From: Eledone cirrhosa
Taxonomy: Eukaryota
Length of the DNA stretch: 64,000 bases
Reading direction: 5' to 3'
Assembly (NCBI GenBank): GCA_964016885.1
Contig: OZ024740.1
Span: forward strand, 367,040,001-367,104,000
The position numbers and the translations under genes were made by a program. This document shows positions 26,152 to 40,384 of the stretch, piece after piece. The notes below the pieces were generated by a model. The model saw only the letters and a program-made list of their open reading frames with translations. It did not search any database and was not told the DNA's origin. Numbering within the stretch: the first letter of the stretch is position 1; each line of letters begins with the position of its first letter.

Positions 26152-26440
26152 TTTAATGATGATACCAATGCTCTACCATGGGTTTCGTGTCGCTGGTGGC
26201 TGTAGTCAAGGCGGCAGTGATGTTGTTGTTGGTTTAGTGAAGTATATTTTGATTGATTGATTGTGTGTGTGACTGCGTGTGCATGTGTATGTGTATTGCA
26301 TGACATTTGTATTCTCGCCCAGTGGATAATTGAATTGGCAGAGATGGTTGAAGGTGGTGTTTATAATGTTATTGTTGTTATTGTTATGTGGCTCTAAGTT
26401 CAACGATATTCCTGCTACGAGCATCCTGTTTTCTTTTCCA

Positions 26441-26479
<39 letters not shown>

Positions 26480-26499
26480 GTGTGTGTGTGTGTGTGTTA

Positions 26500-27880
26500 C
26501 ACTATGTTGTCGTTTAAGTACAATCGTTTCTTTGGCTGCCGATTTCAGATTTTTTCAGTGACAGACCCCAAATCATCAGTCTGTATTGATACCATTTTGT
26601 AAAGTTTATGTTCTTTTCTTTTGCGTTGCCATATTTTAATCGCAAATTTGAAGTGCTTCTTTTATGTGGGTGTCTGAAGGTTGTTTTGCGATTAAGGAAG
26701 CGATTTTTAAACCGGCTCACTGACATGCCGACGTTTTTCCAGGATGACTTCATGATGAATCCGACATGTAGCTCATGGATCATGCTAATACAGAATTAAA
26801 TCTGGTCAGTAAGAACCTACTTAGAAACTTGAATAGGAACATTATTAAACACTGTAAGCTTAACCGATGGGAAAATAGCCAAGCAGTACAAAATTAGTTT
26901 AACTCTCTTTAGCATACGGATAGAGCCAGATTCATCCAGTTCAATATCGTGAACCTTTACCTGTCTATATCCAGAAATGTACTCAAGAAGTCCTTGGAAT
27001 TCAGCGTTTGATTTAACGATGTACAGACTTGGACCGGCTGGTAATATACCCCTGCCTTAAAACTTTCCCCTTCAATAAGATGGAGGCTTGGATAAAGAAA
27101 TCCTTCTCTCGGAGAACTCACGCACGACATTCCTGGATTTCCAGACGGGTTTACTCCGTGACGATGATCTGGCCATTACGAGCCATAAAAACGGCCATGA
27201 CCTCAACGCCTTTAGGAAAAAGATAATCACCAAACTAGCTAGTGTGAAATTCATGCAATTCATCTTAGACCTATGTACACACATCCATAAACCTTTCCAT
27301 AAGCCTAGCGAAAACCGTAGATTCGTACACAGGAACTCCAAAAATTTAGATTAAGAATATTAGTAGGCGGATTTATAACTACTCTTACAAAGCCACATTC
27401 GATCGAGCAGCCACCTACTATAATATAGTTATACACAACAGCGGCTTCTCCGAGAATATTTCCTATTCTCCAGGTCACTCCCCAAATACAAATAGGAAAA
27501 AAACAAGAAATAAAGCAAAAATCTGGTACCCATTCTTCTCGTTATATGTTAAAACTAATGTCAAAAAAAGGTTTTAGCCCTCATAGACGCAAATACCACT
27601 ATCTACTTACTCATCATGCGATGAAAATTAAATGCTCCTGTGCCAGAAACATGAAATCACGCCTCCTGCATAAACTACAGAGCCACAAGTATATGGATGT
27701 TCGTGTAAATGACCTGAGCCATGCCCACTAGACCAATAATGCAACATCCCAGTGATAATATTCGAAGCTGAAGTCTCCTCATTGAATCAACACCACCAAA
27801 ACGAATCCTGGTAATAAGTCGGTATGTCAGAGAGCCGGTTTAAAAACCGCTTCCTCAATCAATCATCTCGTTCATGGGTG
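26500..27880 (+). mobile_element. Third, highly decayed Penelope-like element (PLE-3) with an inverted GIY-YIG/3' fragment at its left end
   Basis: Plus strand: FIQFNIVNLYLSI (~26930), GLLRDDDLAI, HKPFHKPS..FVHRNS, AATYYN, CPLDQ, VGMSESRFKNRFLN. Minus-strand ORF 26514-26783 repeats VGMSVSRFKNRFLNRKTTFRH. Confidence 0.75.
26519..26579 (-). ncRNA. Probable degenerate hammerhead at the PLE-3 3' end
   Basis: Minus strand CTGATGA-TTTGG..CTGTC...GGCAG-CCAAA-GAA-ACGATTGT-A; stem I pairing is poor. Confidence 0.5.
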
Positions 27881-28459
27881 TTTACAAATCTTCATGGAGT
27901 GTCCTCATGTGTGTGCATCTGTATATCAGTGTGTGCATGCATCTGAATATGTAAGTATTCATATATGTATCAGCACCGGTGGTGGTGGAGTAGTTGTACT
28001 AACCAGATTCTAACACTGCGTAAGCAACTGGGTGCATGTATCCTTAACCATAAATATGTCACGTATACTACTACATTTTAATGTGTATGAAATAAATGGT
28101 TCTTAAGTGCACAGTAGTCCCTCACCGCAACATAAAACCCGTTGAAGCTACAATTCTATAAATTCTTTCGAAAACTCTCTCTAATAAACTATAAATTCCT
28201 TAAATTGTTTTGCCCAAAACGCCATATAAATACCTTGCATTTAAGGACCTGCACTGTATTTTCTATAAATACAAGCCTATAAGTACTATTTCCTAAACAA
28301 AATATTCGAAAGTCTTTAAAAACTCATTGACCTATCTACCAAATAAAATCGATCACTATGACAAACAGTTGGAATACAAACATTCTACATTCAAACGCCT
28401 AATCTTAAATTAAAAGAAACAACACACAACAAAAAAATATACATACAAATACACACGCA

Positions 28460-28760
28460 TTATTGGAAGGTACTCCGTGGGTTACGAGGACGTGTGTTCA
28501 AGTTGAACAGCCTGCTCGTGAAATTAACGTGCATGTGGTTCAGCATTCCACAGATACATGTACCCATACCGTAGTTCTCAGGGACATTCAATGTGACACA
28601 GAATGTGATAAGGTTGATCCTTCGAATTACAGGCTCATCTCACTTTTGCCAGCTGAGTGGACTGGAGCAACGTGAAATCAAGTATCTTGCTCAAGGACAC
28701 AACGAACCCACGCCTTACAATTGTGAGCTGAATAACCTAACCACGAAGCCATGCACCTTC
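28460..28760 (-). mobile_element. tRNA-derived SINE family 2 (a 3' fragment in the opposite orientation lies at ~51690-51850)
   Basis: Minus strand gtgggttcgttgtgtccttgagcaagatacttgatttcacgttgctccagtccactcagctggc. Confidence 0.7.
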
Positions 28761-29242
28761 ACTTTACATGCAGTGTTACTAACATTTATTCCCCACGTCA
28801 AAACACGCTCTAATTGCCATGCGTGACTAATTTAAGAATAATTAAACAAACATAACATTAAAATTCTTCCACCAGATAATAGCTTAGATTTTATTTGAAT
28901 AATCCACCCTCCAGTATCAAATTAAAATTTCCTCTAACCACTTACCGTTATTTTCATTCAACTTTCATCCTTCTCCCAATTTAAACATTTTTCTTACTTT
29001 CGCTAATTAATTGTTTTTGTTTTCACTTTCGTCTTTTATACGGTTTTCTTTATATTAAATTCCTATTTCTTTAAATTTATAAAACTTTGTCACTTGAACA
29101 CATGTGTCCCAATAAATATACATACGTGCACAGACTTCTGATATTCAATTATAAGTAACTTAAATACACACATACACACGCGAACACACAGAGAAACAGA
29201 GGTTATTCAATCAGAACTAACTTCATTATTAAACAGGCGTAG

Positions 29243-29980
29243 GGCCTTTCATCCTGACGGGGTCGATAAAATAAAGTACTATTCACGAACCAGGGTCGAT
29301 TTAATCGACTTTCCCCTCCCCCAAATTTGCTGGCCTTGTGCCTATATAAGAAATCATTATTAAACAGGCGTAGGGCCTTTCATCATGACGGGGTCGATAG
29401 AATAAAGTACTATTCACGCACTGGGGTCGATTTAATCGACTTTCCCCTCCCCCAAAATTGCTGGCCTTGTGCCTATATAAGAAACCATTATTAAACAGGC
29501 GTAGGGCGGTGGATTGGCAGTATCTGTAGAGCGGTGGATTGGCAGTATCTGTAGAGCGTCGGACGTCATGCTTTGCAGCATAGAGTTACGGCCCTTATGA
29601 TCTGAGTTCAAATCCCGCCGAGGTTAACTTTGCATTTACTCTTTACAGGGTCGATAAAATAAAGCACCAGTAATGCACTGGGATCAATTTAATCGACTTT
29701 CCTCTCCCCCAAATTGCTGGCCTTGTGCTTAAAGTATAAACAATTATTAAATACGTGCAGGGCGGTGGAATGGCAGCATCGGTGGAGCGTTGGACAACAT
29801 GCTTTGCAAAATAGAGTTATGGCCCTTACGCTCTGAGTTCAAATTTCTCCGATGTTAGTTCTGCCTTTTATCCTTGCGGGGTTGATAAAGTAAAGCATCA
29901 GTAATGCACTGGGGTCGATTTAATAGACTTTCTCCTCTCCCCAAATTGCTGGCCTTGTGCCTATAGAAGAAATAATTATT
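29243..29980 (+). mobile_element. Serial cluster of four SINEs (family 1) separated by repeated target duplications
   Basis: cattattaaacaggcgtagggc occurs at ~29224, ~29355 and ~29486, with variants at ~29743 and ~29975. Confidence 0.9.
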
Positions 29981-30338
29981 AAACACGCGCATACACATTG
30001 CACAATTGTTCAAGTACAAGTAGCTCTATTATTAAGCAAATCAAACACTTTCATTATGTGATCATTCTTAAAAAAAACCTGCCTACATTCAACTGCAAAC
30101 CAAACCTGAAATAAACATACCCTCGATATCCAATGTAAGCAGATGAAGTTAGAAATCTCTAGCCTCAAACCCACTGACACGTTTCTTTTCAGAAAATAAG
30201 ATTTGCACTATACTTATACGTACTGACTTTTCATTCAATTAACATGTGAATATTTTAAGTTTATAAATTGTATTGTAAACACACACACATACGCATACGC
30301 ACACATAGACACACAGACACATACACATACGCACACAC

Positions 30339-30418
<80 letters not shown>

Positions 30419-30779
30419 GTGCAAAATGGAATCGGAAACAACAAAGCAAAACATGCACTCATACCCTCACATTTGAAGGAGGCGAACTCCCGCCGAGGAC
30501 ACGCTACAGCGCCAAGGTATGTAATGTGTGCAGATATTATCTAACTACTGTGAATAATTGTTGCAGTTCTATTATGAACAGACTGTAGCTAAGAATCTGT
30601 CGACAGTCCGGATTTTAATGATATACAGGCAACTGTTTATCTTACTGATTAGCATATATGTGCACTCTGAGTTATAGGTTTATATTTCAAACGTGCAAAT
30701 CGTGTAATGTCATTGAGTTAGTGACGATCGGAACTATACGGATTCTCTTCGAATAGCTTCGTAAACCAATATATATATA

Positions 30780-31150
30780 CAGGGTGTCCCCCCCAAAATC
30801 GACATAGTTTCGTCTAATAACAGCCGATTCTCGCTCAAATGATTTTAAAGTTTAGTAAAATATGTAAACACAAGTTTAAGGCTAAATGTTTTCTGTTTTT
30901 CTTCAGGTTGAAGAATGACGTTCACTAGAAATGAAAAGGCATTTTGTGTGTTGGAATATGGTTAATTATTTCTATGGAGCTATGTGAAAGGACTTGTCTA
31001 TATCCCCCATCTTCCTACAAGCCTAGAGGAACTCAAGCAGAGAATCACTAGCGCTGAAGATTGTGACGCAAGACATACGTGTTTGACAGGAGCTGGACTA
31101 CCGACTTGACGTGTGCCGTGTCACAGGCATGTGCATATTGAACATTTGTG
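30780..31150 (+). mobile_element. Internally deleted Tc1/mariner-superfamily DNA transposon relic
   Basis: TA followed by TIR-like cagggtgtccc; remnants FLWSYVKGLVY and QELDYRLDVCRVT..HIEHL, typical of the transposase C-terminus. Confidence 0.65.
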
Positions 31151-31897
31151 AAGCTTTGTGAAATCGGTCATACAATCTACATCCCTTTGAATTTCTTGTT
31201 CGTATTTAAATAAATAAATATTGTATTGTTCAACGTGAAGCCTATTAAATTATGTTTAATAAATGTGAGTTAAGTGTGTAACAACAGTTACAGGCAGCAC
31301 GCAGTTCCAGGCACTCGATACTGTTACAAGGTCCGTTTGGGTTGTGTTCCAGTGTTACGGTGATAATACTAGTAGATCTCCAATATTTGCTCTGATTAAG
31401 CAAACCTACGATCCATTCATGGCTATTTTATCTTTTTCCCAATATGCAAGAAACTGAATATAACATTACATAATGTGTCCTTTGATAATGAGGTCATGGT
31501 GAGATTAAGAGATTTAGATGTTTCAAGCAGTTGTGCGTTCTAACAAAATCGCTCTCGTGTCAGTGTATGTATTAGTAGTTGTAGTTTTAGTAGTGGTGAT
31601 ACAGATTGTGATTGTTGTGCTCGTTATGATGTTTATTTATAGTAGATATGTTAATGAGACCGAACGTCGTAATGGGTGGGAATGCTGATATAATGGTTGT
31701 TTTTTTGTTTGTGTTGTTATTAGTGGTGATGGCGATGGTGGTCGTGGTTGTGGTAATAGTGATTGCATTAGAAAAGCTGTGTTACAGTTGTTTATTTGTA
31801 GGAAAATTATTCGCTTCTGGCTGCGGTTGTGATAGGTGAGGTCATACTGCCATCATCATCATCATCATCATCATCATATTCACAATCCTCGGCATTA

Positions 31898-31932
<35 letters not shown>

Positions 31933-32240
31933 GGTGGTCGTGATGGTAGTGTTAACAGTGGTATTGGAAGTGGTTTTGGGGCGGTGTTTGTTGCGCAGAC
32001 GATGGCGTTTGAGAGACGACCCTAATTTATACACAAACAAACACATACACAAAGACAAACATATATGTACAAACACACACACACACACACACACGCATAA
32101 ACGCATCCACGCATTGACGCACTCAAATATCTACTCTTTCCCTTTCTTTCATGATGCTGCAGGCAGAATCCAATAAGTGTCTCTTGCTGCTAAAACTCGC
32201 AAAATAACAGCTGTTTCTTTCTTTCTTTCTCTCTTCTTCA

Positions 32241-32292
<52 letters not shown>

Positions 32293-34197
32293 TTTATTAT
32301 TGTTGTTGTTGTTGTTGTTGTTGTTGTCCGAAGGTGAATCGGTAATATGAAATTCAACATTGCTTGATTAATATGCATCATCATCATTAGCATCATCACC
32401 CTCACCGCGGCCATTTCATTTTAAAGACAACTGCAACACCCATCATCACCATGGAAAATACCGAAAGCAAGTGCAATAACAAAGAATGCATAATCAAATT
32501 GAAAATAACGCAATCAACAAGCAGCAGTTATAATAGCAACAACGACAGCAACAAGAGAAATAACAACAACAACAACAAAAACAACAACAGCAACGACAAT
32601 AATTTCAACGGTAACAGCAGCAACAGCAGTGGCAACAAAATGACTGCAGTGTCCTCAGAAACAGCAGCTGCATAAGCAACATTACCAATAACACATCGAC
32701 ATGAAACAGTAGCCAAATTCTCTTGATTAACACCCTGCAATCTTTAAACTGAATGCAGACGTTGGATCATATAGCCTCAAATTTCGTAATTCTTAAGATG
32801 ATTATGGGTTAGTCAAGGCTAGAAGGCTTACGTAATGAGATTGTTTGTGATGGGGACTGAACACTAGTTTGCTGGCTTGCGGTTTTGAACAGTGTGTGAT
32901 ACTCCACCCGAGATCTAGAAAATGGCAATACTTATACATTTCTCTTCCGAATTACTACGGGAAGACCCGCTCTGCAATGGAGTCCGTACCCAACAAACAA
33001 CAGTGTTTTGAGAAATCATTTTCACTCGATGAAATTAATGATTAGGTTATATAAGTCATTAGGTACATTTTTGTTTGACAGTATTGGTTTCTTCCATCAA
33101 ACAATAATGATTCTATATTTTGGAGGTTAAAGGTTGGTTAAAAGAATATATTGGAGAATTAACAGAATCATTAGATGATCGAACAAACAGCCTTGTATTT
33201 AACTATGGTCCTTTACGCTCTAAACACTGAGTTCAGGCTGGTCTTTCAACTCTTTAGGTTAGATAATATAAAGTAACAGTCAAATGTTGAAATCAATTTA
33301 TATTCCGATATTTCATTGTATTCGTGAATGTAATTATATTAATAGGAGGGGTTATGGCGTTCAAGTATTTTACATTAAAATAAAAAAAATAAAAAATTAA
33401 GATTGAGAAACTAAACTGTACATAAGATTTTGCTCTTCAGATTTTACAAAAAGCATAACCTAATTTTATATATATCAAATTCATTGTAAAATCATTCTTT
33501 TGAAATTTCTCCATTCACACTTTTTACTGTTAATTTTCAATTTACAAATTTCAATATCTGAGAAAAACTCTCACTGATTCATATGTTCTTTTCCGTCACC
33601 GAATCGCTTTAGTTGACTTTTTCCATTTAAGTGTATAAGTAGGGGAAGATAAAAATCCAGATGAAAAATAGTATCCAAAGCTAAATCACACACTAACAAA
33701 AAAACAAACAAAAAAAAGATCTTGCAATTTATGCTCAAAAGAAAGCTTAACTACTCTATTTACGAAAGTAATTTTTTAGATTAATATACCTTAAGGTAAA
33801 AAAAGTGTAAAAACAGGATAAGGAGATCTGATATCTACAAACTCTGATTATTATTCCGAAGACAGCTAGAACACTAATCACAGATTCTAATCCAGATTGT
33901 ACACACCTCACCTCCAAAAAGCAGTCACTATACTATTATACCCCTTCCAAGTGATATTTACTTACTGTGACTAATTCTGCCCATGTTATTGATTGAACGC
34001 CTTTATATATTATTTATTTGATTATACTCTTCATTCACAACTTACTTACTTTACCATTTCAGCCTTAACCCTTTCTTATGCTTTATTTAGATATTTTTTA
34101 TATCAGTTAGTTTCTTAATAATTACTTTTCTATTTAATTACTTTTGCTGCCACTGAATTAAAACACTGAACTTGTTCTCTACACATTAAATTTCCTA

Positions 34198-34234
<37 letters not shown>

Positions 34235-34514
34235 GGTTGGTGAAGCCACGCTTCTTATCGCCTCCAGTCTTTTTCAACGTTTTACCTCTTTTTCAACCGT
34301 TCTAAACCTTTTATTCAAGTTTTAAATTTGATAAAAGTTTAGAAGAAGTGACCCACTTAATACAGGGGTTCACTAGTAAATAATACGGCACCCCTTTACG
34401 GGGTGTCGTATTCGTATTTGTGTAAAAATATTTTTTGAAAAATTTCAACATTGATAACACAAAAAAGAGAGAGAGCGCTGTCAGACAACACAGAGAGAGG
34501 GAGACTTTATCAGC

Positions 34515-36260
34515 ATGACAACAAGACAGCGTTCCAGCGGAGGTAAATATAAACGAAAATATTACAAAAGAAAAAAAGATTGTTACAGATTTAAAATTAA
34601 CAAATATTTCTAACACGAACAACACCAACAATAACACCAACAACATCACCAACAACAACACCAAAAATAACAGCGGTAAAGTCGAGAACGACAATAACAA
34701 AAATAACAGCGGTAAGGTCGAGCACGACAATAACAATGACAATAACAACAACCACAACAACAATAATAGTAGGAACAGTATCAACAAAAACAACAATAAT
34801 AACAACAGCCACAATAACAGTAACAGCAGCAACAGTATCAACGAAAACAACACCAACAACTGTACCAGCGAAAAGAACAACAATGACACCGATAACTGTA
34901 ATAGCGACCTTAGCACCACCAGTAAGACCAGTAGCGGCAGCAATAGTGGTGCTGATGAAAAAGGGACCACTTCTTTTGCAGGTGTCGCCCGAAATATCGA
35001 GACAGTGTTAGTCACAGAGGAGGAGGGCCATGGTGACAAGAAGCGCAAATAGAGTTTCCCTGAAACCTCCACCCGATTTTTTCAAGGACCAGCAGCTACG
35101 AACGGTGACTTACCGCACCGTAAGCAAAATCTCACATCGAGTGGAGAGAGCCACGGAGGCTCAAATCCAAAAGGCCTTGGGGTGCGTCTGGGCACGCAAA
35201 ACCCACATCACCCGAGGCAGAAAGTACGCCACAGTAGACGTACTTTTCGCCACCCCCCAGGAAGCAAAGTCTCACTCTTTGGAAACCCTAAAGAGTGAGG
35301 AGTTAGTCTTGGTGCCCTCCTACTGCGGGCAGAACATTGTGAGGGTCAAAGTGACCCAGGTCCCACCGACGTGCCCATACCTTGGCTGGCCGCGTCTGTC
35401 CTTGCTGGAATTGAGAACAGAGCGACCATGCTGCAAGTAGAAAAAATAGGGAGAGAGAACTGGTCAGGTATAGGCATGCAAATGCTTATACAAACTGACC
35501 AGGAATGTATCGAGGCTATCCCGATATCATAGACTTTGAGGAAGGACTCCAACTCCCTATAAGTGTAGAAGGAAGACGGCCAAAATGTTATCTCTGTGGG
35601 TCGAAAGGTCACGTCAGGGCCTTTTTCCCGCAGAAGACACCGAAGAGGGCCCCTCTCCTTCCAATACCTGGTCCGCTGCTACCAAGAGCAGGACAGGCAA
35701 CAAACGAAGAAGCCCCTTCCACGGTGAGTAGGAGGGCAACGTCCGTAGCACCCGTACCAAGGCCACGGATAATTAAAGCAGCATCATCAGTAGCGGCAAC
35801 ACCAATAGCTACATTTGAAATAGCTACACCAGCAACAACATTGCCGAAGTGGGCTCCACTACCACCACCAACAGCCGTGGAGCACATACTCCTCCCAGAC
35901 GCCATAGAATCCGACATGGAGTTTGAGGCGGGAGTGACGTGGCAAACAGTCTGCCACAAAAAGGAAAAAAAGAAAAAAACCTTAGATTTACCCTCCAAAG
36001 GCGAAGGCATACAAAGAGGGGTAAAGGCAGCAACAAAACTTGCAGCAACAACACCACAAACACCAACAACGCAAACACAACAAGATACACACCAAACAGC
36101 AACAAGAAGAAAACGGCAACAAAATCACCCCTCCCCCCAAAAGTACACAGCCATAAACATAACAAAAAAAGAACTCATAAAATATATAAAGCAGCACACA
36201 GACATCACGAAAAAAATAACTACACCCTACCAACACCAAGAACTCTCCAGACAAACATAA
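34515..36260 (+). pseudogene. LINE A ORF1 (Asn-rich N-terminus, gag-like zinc knuckle), frameshifted; start approximate
   Basis: SFAGVARNIET, RTVTYRTVS..VERATEAQIQKALG, LPISVEGRRPKCYLCGSKGHVRA; homologous to copy B. Confidence 0.75.
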
Positions 36261-36471
36261 GCATCATCGAAATCTCATTAGAACAATACAAACCTTTAAA
36301 ACAAAAATTCCCCAACGCAGTTGGAGACTTCAGAGGGACGGTTACCAAGAGGATATACACTGACATCCTCTTGGAAACACCCATGACCAGCGAAAGGGAC
36401 GGTTCTACTGTCCCTTCACCACACGAACAAGGTAAGTGACCCTTTCTCATTTGCCCCGTTTCTCATCCAAC

Positions 36472-39400
36472 ATGGCTGTACTCAGAATAGGCAGTATAAA
36501 TGCACGTGGCCTGGGGTCATCTTGGAAGCAGGGTCACCTGCTCAATGACCTCAGGTCACTAAACATAGATGTGGTGGCCATCAGTGAAATCAGAATCTCC
36601 GAGGCACGGCCCTTCGCACCGATCTTCGGCGGCTACGATGTATACGCATCTCCCAGCCGTCCAGGATCGGAGGGAGGGGTTGTCGTCCTTTTTCGGAGAG
36701 GCTTGGATCTCGCGATACGGGCCATCTTCCTGGACCCAGAAGGTAAGTCGGTGGTGCTGGACGTGACCGGCAGCAAAGGCAATGCTTTCAGGCTAGTAGC
36801 CGTCTACGCCCCAACAGGGGCAGGACGGCCAGATTTCTTCAGACATCTAGAGACCTTTCTTGGAACGTCCGCTCTTTAGTGTTAGTGGGCGACTGGAACG
36901 GTATCTTGGATGCACGCTGGGATCGTGTGGGGCTAGTGGATAGGGGAGGAGGGTGCAAGAGCCTCACCAACCTGCTCAGACGTTTTGAACTGTCTGACAG
37001 GTATCGACTGGATCACCCGAAAGTGCCAATGTGGACATGGACAAACCGCATCGGGTCATCCAGATCGTATCTAGATAGGGTATTCTGCAGGGAACTAGAT
37101 AAGGCTAGTATAAGTTGTCCACAATTTAAAATAGTCGACTACACAGACCACAAATTTGTGATCTGTGAGATCGACATAGACAGACTTCATAGACAAGGGC
37201 CTGGTTACTGGAAGCCGAACGCGTCTTTCCCGGCGCGCAAGGCCTACAGAGATCGGATTAGCGTATTAGTTAAGCGGGCGTTGACGGGAGCGGTCGTCAA
37301 CAACAGGTGGTGGTTCGCCCTGAAAAGGGCAATTAAAGTAGAGTCGATTAGGTTTAGCAAAGGAGTAGTGATAGAGGAAAATAGAGTAGAGGGAGAGCTA
37401 GTCAGAAAGCTAGAAGAGGCGTTTAGGACAGGCATCGCAACCGACGTGCTTGCGGCGAGATTGGCACTCGACCAATTCTTCAACGCAAAACCGAAAGCTG
37501 CGTTGTCAGAGCTAGAGCGCGTGCTCTGAAACACGAGGGGACAAAAGCCGTCCAATGGGCCCGAGTGACAGAGGCGCGACGTGGCAATAAAGCCACAATT
37601 CGGTCTTTGTCTGACCAAAACGGGTACGTGATGCTCGAACCGGAGCGGATGTGTGAAGCTTTTCAGCAGCACTTTGCTGAACTGTTCGGGAGCGGCGGCG
37701 GCCCGGATCGGGACATGGAATTCAGTGCATACCTCGACGGACTGCCTCGGCTCTCGACGACCGCAGCACAGTGTTGCGAAAAGCCAATAACAGCCGGTGA
37801 AATACGGGAAGCGATGGCTAACTGCACAAGAGGTAAATCGCCAGGTTTAGATGGTCTGCCCTACGAGCTTTATGCATTTATGCCAGACTTGTTCGGTGAC
37901 CTCTTGGCAGACGTCTACTGCAACTGGCAGCAGCACGGGAGCATTCCCAGTTTTGTGAGCCGGGGAACAGTGGCGCTGCTGAGAAAAGACCCGAACAAGG
38001 GGGATGTTATTGATAATTTCAGGCCCATAATTCTGCTAAACGCAGAGTTCAAGATTTTGGCCAAGGTGTTAGCAACGAAGTTGGCGCTTGTCGTCAAGGG
38101 TCTGGTGGGAGAGGCGCAGACATGCGCCATCCCGGACAGATCCATACACGACAACCTCCACCTCATGCGATACATCATAGAGAGGGTAGTTAAGGAACCT
38201 GGCAAGGGTGGGGCCGTGATCCACTTGGATCAATCCAAAGCATTCGATAAGGTCGACCATCGGTACCTGGCGGCCGTCCTCGAGGCAGCCGGTTTCGGGC
38301 CCGTTTTCAGGCGTTGGACCGCAGCAATGTACAGCGACATCTGCTTAGTTGTGAGGGTGAACGGTCACCTGTCGCAGCCGTTCAGCCTCATGCGCTCAGT
38401 CCGCCAGGGTTCTCCCCTCTCATCCCTCTTGTACGTATTGGCTCTCGAGCCATTACTGCACAAACTGGGGGCGATGAGGGGCGTCCCACGCGAACTAGCA
38501 TGCGGGAAATCCGAGTCGGCTTACGCTGACGATGTCACCGTGGTGGTGTCGAGCACCAGACACGTCCAGATCTCGGCACCGCTCTCAAGGAATACGAAAC
38601 GGTGACAGGAGCAAAGTTAAACCAGTAAAAGTCGGTGGGCTTGTAGCTAGGCACCTGGAGAGGCAAGTCCATGCCGTCCGACAGCGTTGTGGGGCGTTGA
38701 CGGACGGACCGGTAAAATTGCTCGGGGTCTGGTTCGGACCGGACCTCCAGATGGAGAAAAACTGGAACGACGTGACGAGCAGGGTGGCCTCCTTCACCCA
38801 GAAATGGGCTGAGAGGAAGCTGTCCCTGAAAGGCCGAGCGGAAGTGGCGAATGCGTATATCGCATCCGTCATCTGCTACCGCCTCACCGTCGTCCCTTGC
38901 TCCAGCCCAACTCTCACCAAAATGGAGCGCCTCCTCTTCCGCTTTTTGTGGAAGGGACGCGCATCCATGGTCAGACGATCCATCTGCTCTCAACACCCGT
39001 TGCGTGGAGGACTGGGCATGCCATGGCTGATGATGCGCAAACATGCGCTGAGGCTGCGACATCTCTTGTGCTTCCTTGATGGTGAACGGGTGTGGTTGCC
39101 GTTCGCCAGGCACATTTTCCCACAGCTCGTCTCCTTGACGGAGCTGCAGTCCTGGGTCAGAAAAAGACCGAGGGATAGCGCTTGGAAACTGGAATGTCTC
39201 CAGGTGCTCACTGCCCTCTCCCAGTTGGGCACCAGTATCGGTGGAACATCCACCTCGGCGTTCTATAGAGGACTAGTGGAGGGGAAGAGCGACGACGTTC
39301 TCGGAGAGATCCTGGGCGTCGAAGAAGATCAGCTGCTTGCTCTCTTCCGGAGAACTTTCAGCCCGGGGCCTATGGATAACTTCCCAAAATCCCTGGCCTG

Positions 39401-39887
39401 GCAGTGCTACCGGGGAGCGCTGCCGGTTCGAGATAAGCTCTACAGGCACAGAAGTGCCGTCAGCCGAGCCTGTCCGAGATGCGCGCATAGCGACGAAACC
39501 GTTGTGCACGCACTCGTTCAGTGCCCGAGCATTGCCGACTTGTGGAGCTATGTCGAACAGTTGCTGTCACGTGTGGGACTGATCCGGTTGTCGACTGAGT
39601 CCATTGTGCAGATGGTCTAGCCGTCTTCCTTTGAGGAGAAAGGGCAGGCGGTTTTCATCTGCCTGGTGGCCATGGCGAAAGAGATTGTGTGGAGGACAAG
39701 GTTAAAAGGATTAAAGACAAACACTTTCCTCTTCGGCGAATCCCTGATTAACTTTTTCAAGTTTCACTTGAAGAGGAAAATCAGGGTGGAGAGGCAAGTG
39801 CTGCTTTCTAGCAAGTTTGTTGAAAGGTGGGTGAATGTAGCGAGAATGGTCCGAGTGAACGAGACCACTCTGAATATACGTCTGTAG
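36472..39887 (+). pseudogene. LINE A ORF2: AP-endonuclease, reverse transcriptase and C-terminal CCHC, with stops and frameshifts
   Basis: IGSINARGL, VYAPT, LVGDWN, YLDRVF, YTDH; KSPGLDG, NFRPIILLN, DQSKAFDKV, VRQGSPLS, YADD; CPRC...ETVVHALVQC. Confidence 0.93.
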
Positions 39888-40198
39888 TTTGGGAGATGGA
39901 AACATTGAGAGAGGGCGCTTGCCCTGGTAGTCAGGGTGGCCGTGGTCTTTTGTGTGGTTTTCGCCACGAGTAACCCTCGGAGGTTTCCCCCCTATTGGGG
40001 AATTTTTCATTGTTTCAATTTTCATTTTATTGTTTATATATATATATATATATATATATGTTTTATGTCTTTTTCTTTTCTTATATAAATAATAAAAATA
40101 TTTACACGTACAAAACAAACATGGTACCGTCCTGTTCCGTCTGTGATGTTTTTCTTGATGTCAGCCCTTGTGGCCAATAAAGAAATCATTATTATTAT

Positions 40199-40384
40199 GG
40201 CGCGGTGGATTGGCAGTATCGGTAGAGGGTCGGACGCTATGCTTTCCAGCATAGTTACGTCCCTTTACGATCTGAGTTCAAATCCCGCCGAGGTTGACTT
40301 TGCCTTTCATCCTTACGGGGTCGATGAAATAAAGTACCAGTAATGCACTGGTAAATTGTTGGCCTTGTGCCTAAAGTAGAAACA

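Larger units (their letters stand above)
34235..40190 (+). mobile_element. Tx1/L1-clade LINE copy A, near full length, inserted in (ATT)n
   Basis: ORF1 plus ORF2 (APE-RT-CCHC). (ATT)n before 34235 and after aataaagaaatc. Confidence 0.92.

Noticed and set aside
34311-35072. 253-aa Leu-rich minus-strand 'membrane protein' ORF (also 40875-41360)
   Set aside because: It is the antisense shadow of the AAC/AGC-rich LINE ORF1.
40199-40290. tRNA genes
   Set aside because: The A and B boxes belong to SINE heads; there is no cloverleaf and they are followed by the SINE core and tail.
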